A DNA stretch of 64,000 nt from a virus: positions 64,773 to 128,772 of the IMG/VR virus record IMGVR_UViG_3300032298_001311, one strand, 5' to 3'. Both the position numbers and the translations under genes were made by a program. Below, piece by piece: positions 55,808 to 64,000 of this stretch (the stretch's first letter is position 1; each line of letters starts with the position of its first letter). The notes below the pieces were generated by a model. That model ran no database searches and was not told where the DNA came from. It saw only the letters and a program-made list of their open reading frames with translations.

Positions 55808-57157
55808 TTAATTCCCACATGAATCGTAAAATGTTTTCATCTCTGGAAAAGTTTCTTTAAAGTTAGTTCCACGTCGTCTATCATATTCATCGAACCACTT
55901 ATAAAAGTCAACTTGACCTTCTATTATTTTTTCAAATGGATACTTTGTAGTTTCCATATACTTAACAACTCTTCTAAACTTTTCAATTTCTAATTGTGAA
56001 AATTTACAAGGATCATTATCATCGTGATTGTTCATCATAAATTCTAAAGACTCATACATGTAAGGCATGAATTCATCTTTTGGAAGAATATTCATATCAT
56101 ATTGTAACGGTTCTTTCAAATAAGGAGTATCGAATTTAATTTTATCTCCTCCATATTTCTTACGCCATAGAAGTATTCTTTCTAATAATGATTTAAAACT
56201 AGTAACAGTTAAAATATTAAATGTAATCATAAGACGTATAGGATTGTTTGTTGAAGTAAGATAATGATCTAAATTCTTTTCCCAAACATTTAAGTCTAAA
56301 CCTGTTCTAATATATTCTGCTCTAGGTCCCCAAGTATCTATACTAGAGAATAGACTAAAATTTCTAATCTTATTTTCGTCTTGTAGCTTTTTTATTTTAG
56401 TTGTCATTCTTTCTACAAGAATATTCTTTATTCCTAGATTACTGTTAATATTGAGTTCTAACCAAGGCAATGGCTCTTCATCAATTGACTCTAACAGTTT
56501 CCATGTACTATTCTGTAATAATGGTTCGCCACCTGTTATTCTTAAAATGTTAAGTGTTTTCTTAACTTCTGGCCACCACTTCCACCATGCATCTACATAA
56601 GGATTTTCTTCTTCCTTATGATATATCTTAAACCAATCAATATCGTTTCTATGATTCTTTACAGCTCGATAAGGACCGTGTTGTTCTATTTCCTTATAAT
56701 AAGAACTAGATGCTTTTGGGTGACAATATCCGCATTTAAAATTGCATTCGTGGCCAAAACTTATTTCAATATATTCTGGATTTATATTGCCATCCCAAGA
56801 TAAATTCTTTATTTCTTTAAATCGTTCTTCGGTAAAGATACTAGCATTTCGTTCATGCCGATCACTTACATAATCAGACCCTAATTCTTCGATATTCCAA
56901 CAATACTTGCATCCTGCTGGTTTCTCACCATCTAACATAGCTTTTCTTTGTATTTTCTTTTCGTTAGTGTTATGTAAAGCACTAGGGTTATTTTGTAATT
57001 CAGTTAGAGGTATTGAGTGAGGAGCCGGATGATAACAACTATGTGTTTCTCCTGTTTGAAGATAAATGGTAGTATGATGCCATTTTGCTAAACAAAAAGT
57101 ACAGCTTATGGAATCGGTGATTTTTTTGATTTCTTGAATTTTATTAATGTCTGACAT
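55808..57157 (-). CDS. Radical SAM protein with N-terminal SPASM-like domain
   Basis: FCLAKW..HSCYHP..CKYCW, ECNFKCGYC and ITGGEPL. Confidence 0.9.
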   Translation of the reverse strand: MSDINKIQEIKKITDSISCTFCLAKWHHTTIYLQTGETHSCYHPAPHSIPLTELQNNPSALHNTNEKKIQRKAMLDGEKPAGCKYCWNIEELGSDYVSDRHERNASIFTEERFKEIKNLSWDGNINPEYIEISFGHECNFKCGYCHPKASSSYYKEIEQHGPYRAVKNHRNDIDWFKIYHKEEENPYVDAWWKWWPEVKKTLNILRITGGEPLLQNSTWKLLESIDEEPLPWLELNINSNLGIKNILVERMTTKIKKLQDENKIRNFSLFSSIDTWGPRAEYIRTGLDLNVWEKNLDHYLTSTNNPIRLMITFNILTVTSFKSLLERILLWRKKYGGDKIKFDTPYLKEPLQYDMNILPKDEFMPYMYESLEFMMNNHDDNDPCKFSQLEIEKFRRVVKYMETTKYPFEKIIEGQVDFYKWFDEYDRRRGTNFKETFPEMKTFYDSCGN

Positions 57158-57203
57158 GATACTACTTTAGCATATTTAATTTAGTCATGTCTACAATTTA
57201 AAA

Positions 57204-57551
57204 TTATTCTAATATAGATAAAACTTTAATTATCTTATGATTAGAGCCATATCTATACTTCCAAGATCGTCTAGTATCATGATATTTTCCGCTTAAAGTT
57301 AATATAGATTCAAACTCTTCCATAGCATCGACTAGATTATCCATGTTCTCAAATTTAACATGAAATTCAATTGTTCTTGCTTTCTTTTTAAATTCACTAT
57401 CACGAAAGAACGTTTCCCATAATTCATAATCTACCCCGGATAAGTTAACTTTATCTCGAGTTTTAGACTTAATTATCTCAACATTATGTCGTTTCATAGC
57501 CGCAGTAAACATGCGACGAGTTTGTTTCGTAGTTGGTAAATTAATAGTCAT
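57204..57551 (-). CDS. Hypothetical protein
   Basis: GTAAATA 4 nt upstream of the ATG. Confidence 0.55.
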   Translation of the reverse strand: MTINLPTTKQTRRMFTAAMKRHNVEIIKSKTRDKVNLSGVDYELWETFFRDSEFKKKARTIEFHVKFENMDNLVDAMEEFESILTLSGKYHDTRRSWKYRYGSNHKIIKVLSILE

Positions 57552-57558
57552 TTAGTAT

Positions 57559-58170
57559 TTACTCTATTGTTTCAGCATTAATTCTTTTAGCTATAACCTT
57601 ATGTAATCCAGGATTGACTTTTAAGATAGAAGGCATGACATGATATCTAATATAATTTCTTTTATAGATACTGTTAATATTAGTTGGATCATTTATCCAT
57701 ACTACTGCATTTTTTTGTGCCCAGTTCAACAATTGAGTTTTTCTGTTTATTCGAAAAGGTCTAATACAATTATTATATCTGTAAGGAATGGTATAATCTT
57801 TTCCATTACACATATTAAAAATATATGACTCAACACAATCGTCTAAATGATGTCCGAGAACAATTGTTTGATCTTGTTGTGTTAACCAATTATATCTTTG
57901 TTCTCTCCAATACTCTTCCATACTTTCTTTTTTGTTTTTCTCTCTTGTAATATCTCCAACTTTAACTGGTAATTCATATTTTTGACAGGTTGCTCTTACA
58001 AATCTTTCAAAAAGATCAGCATTTGTTGTTCCATGATTAAAATAATAAACAGTGACTTTATGATTTTGATTTAAAAAATGTAAAATAGACATACTATCAA
58101 CGCCGCCACTAACAGCGACCCCAACTTCTCTAGGAATCTTGCCTTGTATCTTAATCACGCTTTGCCTCAT
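57559..58170 (-). CDS. tilS: tRNA(Ile)-lysidine synthetase, catalytic PP-loop domain only
   Basis: VAVSGGVDSM, YFNHG, R..RY, LGHHLDD.VE, IRP and DPTN...Y.RN.IR. Confidence 0.85.
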   Translation of the reverse strand: MRQSVIKIQGKIPREVGVAVSGGVDSMSILHFLNQNHKVTVYYFNHGTTNADLFERFVRATCQKYELPVKVGDITREKNKKESMEEYWREQRYNWLTQQDQTIVLGHHLDDCVESYIFNMCNGKDYTIPYRYNNCIRPFRINRKTQLLNWAQKNAVVWINDPTNINSIYKRNYIRYHVMPSILKVNPGLHKVIAKRINAETIE

Positions 58171-58528
58171 ATAGACTTGCTAAAACTATAAATCGATCCC
58201 ATGCTTCCTGTGCTGCTTTGGGCATGTCTTTTTGATCATATATTATCTGTGCCCAAACTTTTGACCGTGGCATAGCAGGAGGTTGAGTACCATATTGTCT
58301 TGGCTGATGTATTTTACCTTGTTTCAAAAAACTTATTAATAGATCTTTTATCTTTTCTTTATCATAGTCATACCAAGGACCTCGAGGACAACAATATTCC
58401 TCCAATAAGCGATCTACATTTCTTATAGTGAAGTCAGTCCTACCGATAATCACAAGGACTTCGTCAGGATCAACTTTGTCTTCCATAATGTCAGCGATAC
58501 ATTTAGATATGCTGAATCCAATTAGCAT
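58151..58528 (-). CDS. Hypothetical protein
   Basis: MLIGFS...IMEDKVD.DEVLVII...GK.HQPRQ.G. Confidence 0.6.
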   Translation of the reverse strand: MLIGFSISKCIADIMEDKVDPDEVLVIIGRTDFTIRNVDRLLEEYCCPRGPWYDYDKEKIKDLLISFLKQGKIHQPRQYGTQPPAMPRSKVWAQIIYDQKDMPKAAQEAWDRFIVLASLYEAKRD

Positions 58529-58533
58529 TAATT

Positions 58534-59328
58534 TTATACCTTTAATTTGTCTTTAATTATTGGCTTTATCAATTTGAAAAATTCCTTTCCAAAAGTTTTA
58601 TTGGCTATAGGTCCTGCATGAATTCCATCTCTTGCATGGTCCCAATTTTCTAAGTTGATTCTAAAATCTTTAAGCTGAATAACTCTATTCAAATTCATAT
58701 AAGAAATGTCTTGTCCGGTAATTTGGGAGTTATGGACAAATATAATATTACTATTCCATCTTTCTAACAATGTGTTTATGAAACATAAATTCTTTTCGGT
58801 TTGATAAGTTATAAATCTATCGTCGATAATAACTCCGGCATTACGATCAGCATCGAAAACACCAAAGATATCATCTTTCCATCTTTCTCTTCTAGAAGGA
58901 TCTGGCAAATTTGATATTATTAATTGTGGTCTTAAAAGATCACCAACATGATACAAATATCTACATAAGTGATCTAACCCTGCTCCGCCTACTGCTATAC
59001 TCCAGAATGGCATAGATATATTAAAATTTTTACATATTTTTTTATGAAGAACACTAGCCCAAGTGTCTTCTAGTGGTAATGCTGTTCCTTCAGTAAAACT
59101 ACAACCAGCGAATAAAATTCTATACTTATGATTTTTCCAAGAATTAAAATTATCACACCTAAACCCATAATTATTATAGCGATAATTGATGTCATTAATT
59201 CCGTAAGGAATGTCTAATTTATTCTTTAGAGCTTTATTATAATTTTCTTCAGTATCAGTTAAACTCCATTGTTCAGTTTTATTGAAAAAAGATTCTCTAG
59301 GAGTAGATAAAAATTCTTTATCTTTCAT
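58534..59328 (-). CDS. SGNH/GDSL-like hydrolase (GCS variant)
   Basis: LFAGCSFTEG, SIAVGGAG and ARDGIHAG. Confidence 0.65.
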   Translation of the reverse strand: MKDKEFLSTPRESFFNKTEQWSLTDTEENYNKALKNKLDIPYGINDINYRYNNYGFRCDNFNSWKNHKYRILFAGCSFTEGTALPLEDTWASVLHKKICKNFNISMPFWSIAVGGAGLDHLCRYLYHVGDLLRPQLIISNLPDPSRRERWKDDIFGVFDADRNAGVIIDDRFITYQTEKNLCFINTLLERWNSNIIFVHNSQITGQDISYMNLNRVIQLKDFRINLENWDHARDGIHAGPIANKTFGKEFFKLIKPIIKDKLKV

Positions 59329-60627
59329 TTATAATTTTTCTCCAATAATAAATCCACGGAATCGAAGGAAGCGAGGAAAGCGCAAACTATATGTGCCATC
59401 TTGATTCTGTGTAACAGCATCGGCTCTTACTTCCACAATCTGTCCCATAACGTCACTGCGGCTATCCCAGAAAGAACTGCGATCGGAATCACTAAATCCT
59501 GAACCCACGTTGACAAGAATGTTTCTACCATCATCCTCCCCTTCACAAACAAGAGCACCGAGTCTGCCCTCGTTGCGACCTGTACCTGCTTCTAAATCTT
59601 TTACAGTTAAACTAACTTCAATAAATGGCTTCTGTTTGAGCCAAGCAGTTGAACGTTTACACTCATAAGGAGCATCAACGTCCTTAATCATAATGCCTTC
59701 ATAACCATTCTTAATAGCATCGGCATTAATATCGGTAAAACGCTTTTGTCCTTCTTCGTTATCTAAGTTAACAAATTCAAATCCAAGTTGTTGAATTGAC
59801 TCAAAGTTATATGGCTTTAGAAATTGCTGTAAGAGATTGCTGCGATTAATTTGAGCAACATCGCAACGACCTGATTCAAATTCCTTAAGAGTTAGCCAAT
59901 CAAATAGATATAGTGTAGCATCCTGTGCTTGAACATTATCTTTACGATGTACTTGCTTCATAAGATCTTGGAATGAGCTCGACATAACTTCACCGTCGAA
60001 CACCATAGCCTCATCTAAGTCTTTGGCTAGTTTTGAAAATTCCGATCGAATATGAGGAAAGTTGGCAAGTTCTTTTCCGTTACGACTAAACTGATCAACC
60101 CTACCGCTAGGGTAAACAATAGTAATAATCCGTACACCATCGAGTTTAACCTCGATCTGCTTGTGCCCGGTAATCTTTGATTCATGATTGGCTCCATCAT
60201 GTGCAAGCTGACATGTGAAAACAGGAACATTGTATTCTTCCTTGCCTGCTTTCTTTGCTGCACTATTAATGGATTTATCACTAATACCACAACGTAGATC
60301 CTTAATTAGAATACGTCGATACCAACCATTCCACTGATCTTTCGTAGCCGAATGCATTAGTCCTTCAAGAGCCATACGAGCCATGTTGCCAGTAATCTCT
60401 CGACGAACAAATAGTTCAACTGTAGAAAGAAAATCATTCCAACTCAATCCTGGACCATCTTGAGTTGCTTCTGGAACCTGCTTGATTCCAAAAGTTGTCA
60501 TAGCATCATATGCCAAACGACAACCGTGAAAGAATTCCTTATTGTCTGCATTAGCTTCGCGCAGAAGAATTGCCTCTTTAGCAAGACGACTATTATCGGA
60601 TTCAAGTTCTTGGATAATGTGATGCAT
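59329..60627 (-). CDS. lig: ATP-dependent DNA ligase
   Basis: EVKLDGVR (adenylation Lys), FDGE, GYEGIMIK, WLKQK and SLRFPRF; early promoter upstream. Confidence 0.95.
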   Translation of the reverse strand: MHHIIQELESDNSRLAKEAILLREANADNKEFFHGCRLAYDAMTTFGIKQVPEATQDGPGLSWNDFLSTVELFVRREITGNMARMALEGLMHSATKDQWNGWYRRILIKDLRCGISDKSINSAAKKAGKEEYNVPVFTCQLAHDGANHESKITGHKQIEVKLDGVRIITIVYPSGRVDQFSRNGKELANFPHIRSEFSKLAKDLDEAMVFDGEVMSSSFQDLMKQVHRKDNVQAQDATLYLFDWLTLKEFESGRCDVAQINRSNLLQQFLKPYNFESIQQLGFEFVNLDNEEGQKRFTDINADAIKNGYEGIMIKDVDAPYECKRSTAWLKQKPFIEVSLTVKDLEAGTGRNEGRLGALVCEGEDDGRNILVNVGSGFSDSDRSSFWDSRSDVMGQIVEVRADAVTQNQDGTYSLRFPRFLRFRGFIIGEKL

Positions 60628-60648
60628 GGTTCCTCACTGTTATCTACA

Positions 60649-62793
60649 TTATATACTATCGATAATATTTGTCAACTCGCCTACAGAAAATCTAGATCCA
60701 AACTTATGTTCTAATTTCTTAGCAATTTGGACGAACTTATCCTTACCAATATACTTAACAAAGGATACAGTTCCGCCAGTGAATGGAGGAAATCCAAATC
60801 CAAAAATAGAACCAACATCTGCTTCACGCTGATCCGTTACAATACCTTCCTTCATTGTTCTGAGTGCTTCAATTGATTGTGTAAACAGGAATCGATTTTT
60901 GAGTTCTTCTGCATCAAAAAATTGTGAATTAACTGTTGGACACATAGTAGATAATTTTGGCCACAAAGACTTCTTACCATCTTCATGATAGTCATAAAAT
61001 CCTTTACCGTTCTTTTTACCATGTCTTCCGTATGACTCTACCATCCAATATAGTATTTCTTCTTGTTTTGGATTAACAGCCTCTGGGCCTAGATCCTTTT
61101 TAGTTGCTTGTAATATCTTCCAACCTAAATCTATACCAACTTCATCATTAAGTGCTAATGGACCAACAGGCATACCTGCCATTTTAGCAACATTTTCAAT
61201 CATAGCAGGAGGAACACCTTCCGCAAACATAAGATGTCCTTCTAATACATAATTAAGAACACAACGATTAGCATAGAACCCACGTGAGTCATTTACAACA
61301 ATAGGAGTCTTCTTAATTATACGAATATAATCAAGAGCAGTTGCTACAGCCTCTTCGTTGGTTTCCTTCCCTTTGATAACTTCTACAAGCATCATCTTAT
61401 CTACAGGAGAGAAGAAGTGAATGCCTACAAACTTACTAGGATTGGATATATTCTCTGCTAATGATGTTATAGGTAGTGTTGAAGTGTTAGAAGCAATGAT
61501 AGTATCGAGCCCAACTGCTTCTTGTACGTTTTTAAGAACACCTTCTTTAACAGTTCTATCTTCAAAGACTGCTTCAATAACAAGATCAACATCTCTTAAA
61601 GAATTGTAAGACATTGTTCCTTCAACGCGACCAAGCAATGTATTCTTTTCATCCTCAGTCATCTTGCCACGAGATACTTGTTTAGATACTAACTTGTTAA
61701 TAGATTCTTTACCAGTCTCTACCTTTTCCATAGTAGTATCAATTAGAACAACATCAATGCCGTTCTGTGCAGAAACATAAGCAATACCTGCTCCCATAAG
61801 TCCTGCACCAATAACACCGATCTTCTTTATGTTAGAAGGAGAAATATTATTAGGACGACGAGCACCTTTGTCTAATTCATTCTTTGAAAGAAACAAAGTT
61901 CTAATCATTGCTTCTGCTTCCTTTGAACGAAGTATATTAGCAAACAACCTTGACTCAATTCTCAATCCTGTATCCATTGAAACCTGTAAGCCTTCATAGA
62001 CTGCGGATAAAATTGATCTTGCTCCAGGATAGTTGTCGTAAGTTTCTTTTCTATATAGAGCATTAGCAGCAGGCCATATCATCATGCCTTTGGGAGAGAA
62101 TACTTTGCCTGATGGATTCTTAAAGTCTTTTTTATCCCAAGGAGCAACTGGATTTCCAGAATGTTCGATCCACTGCTTTGCTAACACAACAGGATCGATA
62201 TCTGCACATATCTCATTTACAAGTTTTAAATTCAAAGCCTTGACAGCATCAACTGGATTACCCTTTAGCATAAACTGTAATGCTTTATCTGTTTCTAGCA
62301 AGCGGGCAACACGCTGAGTTCCGCCTGCTCCTGGAAACAGACCAACTTTAACTTCTGGCAGTCCAACTTTTGCTGCTTTATCCATAACACGATAATGACA
62401 AGCAAGAGCTAATTCAAATGCTCCACCTAGACAGACACCATTGATAGCAGCAGCAAATGGTTTGCCACAAGTTTCTAATTTCCTATAGATTTTAGATAAC
62501 CTGCTAGAGTGATCAAAGAAGTTCTGCATTGCTACTTCCTCTCCATCACTCTTAAGAGACTGTTCATATTGTCTCTTGCTATTCTCTAACATTGATAGAT
62601 CAGCACCACCGGAGAAATCTTTCTTACGAGAAGCAATAATAACACCTTTAGTTATAGGATCACTAACTGCTTGATCAATTAATGCATTAAGGTCGTCCAT
62701 GAATATATCATCAATGATATTCATAGTGCGATCTGGAGTATTCCAATAAGCAATTAGAATGTTGTCATCTATTTCTAATTCAAAGTTTTTCAT
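60649..62793 (-). CDS. fadB: Multifunctional enoyl-CoA hydratase / 3-hydroxyacyl-CoA dehydrogenase (FadB/FadJ)
   Basis: FSGGAD, GGAFELALAC, LPEVKVG, GVIGAGLMG, IEAVFE, ASNTS and GIHFFSPV; start refined to MKNFEL. Confidence 0.95.
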   Translation of the reverse strand: MKNFELEIDDNILIAYWNTPDRTMNIIDDIFMDDLNALIDQAVSDPITKGVIIASRKKDFSGGADLSMLENSKRQYEQSLKSDGEEVAMQNFFDHSSRLSKIYRKLETCGKPFAAAINGVCLGGAFELALACHYRVMDKAAKVGLPEVKVGLFPGAGGTQRVARLLETDKALQFMLKGNPVDAVKALNLKLVNEICADIDPVVLAKQWIEHSGNPVAPWDKKDFKNPSGKVFSPKGMMIWPAANALYRKETYDNYPGARSILSAVYEGLQVSMDTGLRIESRLFANILRSKEAEAMIRTLFLSKNELDKGARRPNNISPSNIKKIGVIGAGLMGAGIAYVSAQNGIDVVLIDTTMEKVETGKESINKLVSKQVSRGKMTEDEKNTLLGRVEGTMSYNSLRDVDLVIEAVFEDRTVKEGVLKNVQEAVGLDTIIASNTSTLPITSLAENISNPSKFVGIHFFSPVDKMMLVEVIKGKETNEEAVATALDYIRIIKKTPIVVNDSRGFYANRCVLNYVLEGHLMFAEGVPPAMIENVAKMAGMPVGPLALNDEVGIDLGWKILQATKKDLGPEAVNPKQEEILYWMVESYGRHGKKNGKGFYDYHEDGKKSLWPKLSTMCPTVNSQFFDAEELKNRFLFTQSIEALRTMKEGIVTDQREADVGSIFGFGFPPFTGGTVSFVKYIGKDKFVQIAKKLEHKFGSRFSVGELTNIIDSI

Positions 62794-62794
62794 C

Positions 62795-64000
62795 TTAAAC
62801 TCTCTCAATAATTGTTGCTGTACCCATACCGGCACCGATACACAGTGTAACAAGTGCAATATTCTTATCTGTTCTTTCTAGTTCGTCAAGGGCATGACTA
62901 ATCAACATAGCGCCCGTAGCACCAAGAGGATGTCCCATAGCAATAGCACCACCATTTGGATTTACCTTATCAGGATCTAAATTAAATGCCTGCAAGTATC
63001 TTAATACAACAGAAGCAAATGCTTCATTGACTTCAAAAATATCAATGTCGGATATATTCATTCCTGTTTGCTTTAGAAGTTTCTTTGTTACATCAACAGG
63101 ACCGGTTAGCATAATGTTTGGCTCTGATCCTATGTTAGCAAATGTCTTAATTCTTGCTCTTGGTGTTTTACCAATACGTAATCCTGCTTCAACATTGCCA
63201 AGTAATACAGCAGCAGCACCATCTACAATGCCTGATGAATTACCTGCATGGTGAACATAATTTAATCTTTCTAGTTCTGGATATTTCTGTAGAGCAACTG
63301 CTTCAAAGCCCGCCATCTGTCCATACATTGCAAATGATGGATTTAATCTTGCAAGTGATTCTAATGTAGTACCTGGTCTAACAGTTTCATCTTTATCTAA
63401 AATAGTAAGTCCGTTTATATCTTTAACTGGAACAACAGACTTATCGAATCTACCTTCACCCCAAGCAAGTGCAGCACGACGTTGTGACTCAACTGCATAT
63501 GCATCTACATCTTGTCTTGAAAATCCATATTTGGTTGCAATAAGATCACCCGACACACCTTGTGGCATAAAGTAAGATGGTAGGGCAATAAATGGATCAA
63601 CAGGCCAAGCGCCGCCACTAGCTCCAATACCAACACGTGACATTGATTCAACACCACCGCCTATAGTCATTGAGTCTTGACTACTCATTATCTTTGCGGC
63701 AGCAAAGTTGACAGCATCTAATCCACTTGCACAGAATCTATTAAGTTGTACACCCGGAACATGATTACCATAACCAGCAGTAAGGGCACCCATCCTTGCC
63801 ACATCACCACCTGCCTCACCTACAGGATCAACACAACCGATAACAACATCATCTACTTGATGTCCTTCGATGTTGTTTCTATCTTTAATACTTGTTAGAG
63901 CAGTTGTTAGTAATCTTAATGTTGAAACTTCGTGTAATGCTCCGTCGGGTTTACCGCGACCTCGAGGAGTGCGAACACAATCATAGATAAAGCAATCCAT
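62795..64000 (-). CDS. fadA: Acetyl-CoA C-acyltransferase (thiolase, FadA)
   Basis: RTPRGRG, NRFCASG (Cys), NEAFA, MGHPLGATG (His) and LCIGAGMG (Cys). The ATG is at the last base of the window, so a longer N-terminus cannot be excluded. Confidence 0.95.
   Translation of the reverse strand: MDCFIYDCVRTPRGRGKPDGALHEVSTLRLLTTALTSIKDRNNIEGHQVDDVVIGCVDPVGEAGGDVARMGALTAGYGNHVPGVQLNRFCASGLDAVNFAAAKIMSSQDSMTIGGGVESMSRVGIGASGGAWPVDPFIALPSYFMPQGVSGDLIATKYGFSRQDVDAYAVESQRRAALAWGEGRFDKSVVPVKDINGLTILDKDETVRPGTTLESLARLNPSFAMYGQMAGFEAVALQKYPELERLNYVHHAGNSSGIVDGAAAVLLGNVEAGLRIGKTPRARIKTFANIGSEPNIMLTGPVDVTKKLLKQTGMNISDIDIFEVNEAFASVVLRYLQAFNLDPDKVNPNGGAIAMGHPLGATGAMLISHALDELERTDKNIALVTLCIGAGMGTATIIERV

Noticed and set aside
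1-64000. CRISPR array or alternative genetic code
   Set aside because: No regularly spaced repeat-spacer array was seen. Genes tile densely under the standard code and known proteins are full length.
60649-64000. fadAB as contaminating host chromosome
   Set aside because: AT-rich codon usage matches the phage genes and there is no visible junction or att site; not fully excluded without reads.

Overview
This window is a 64 kb piece of a large, AT-rich, T4-like (jumbo-type) tailed phage genome, with almost all genes on the minus strand. Evidence for a phage: an endolysin-spanin cassette, class Ia NrdAB with glutaredoxin, ATP-dependent DNA ligase, nucleases, virion muralytic proteins, two tRNAs, T4-like late promoters (nnTAAATA) and sigma70-type early promoters. 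The host is probably an alphaproteobacterium, likely Hyphomicrobiales. This is inferred from a two-piece tmRNA with the GGCGGUA T-loop and an ANDN...LAA tag, Rhizobiales-like FadA/FadB, HemO-PcyX, and GCTA-type -10 elements. The most striking content is a near-complete protein quality-control toolkit: DnaK, Hsp20, ClpS, ClpP, permuted tmRNA, bS21 and parvulin. Both hsp20 and dnaK carry ROSE-type RNA-thermometer hairpins. A third, orphan copy of that hairpin overlaps a terminator upstream of the clpP operon. Other notable items are an operon of four tandem radical-SAM genes with an SGNH protein and a sugar epimerase, a beta-oxidation fadAB pair, envelope-modifying enzymes (KdsB, LpxH-like with GT4, L,D-transpeptidase), an amidoligase-GGCT pair, many apparently leaderless late genes, and a start-less ORF reachable by a -1 slip on an A9 run. 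All calls come from motif recognition by eye; no searches or folding programs were run.
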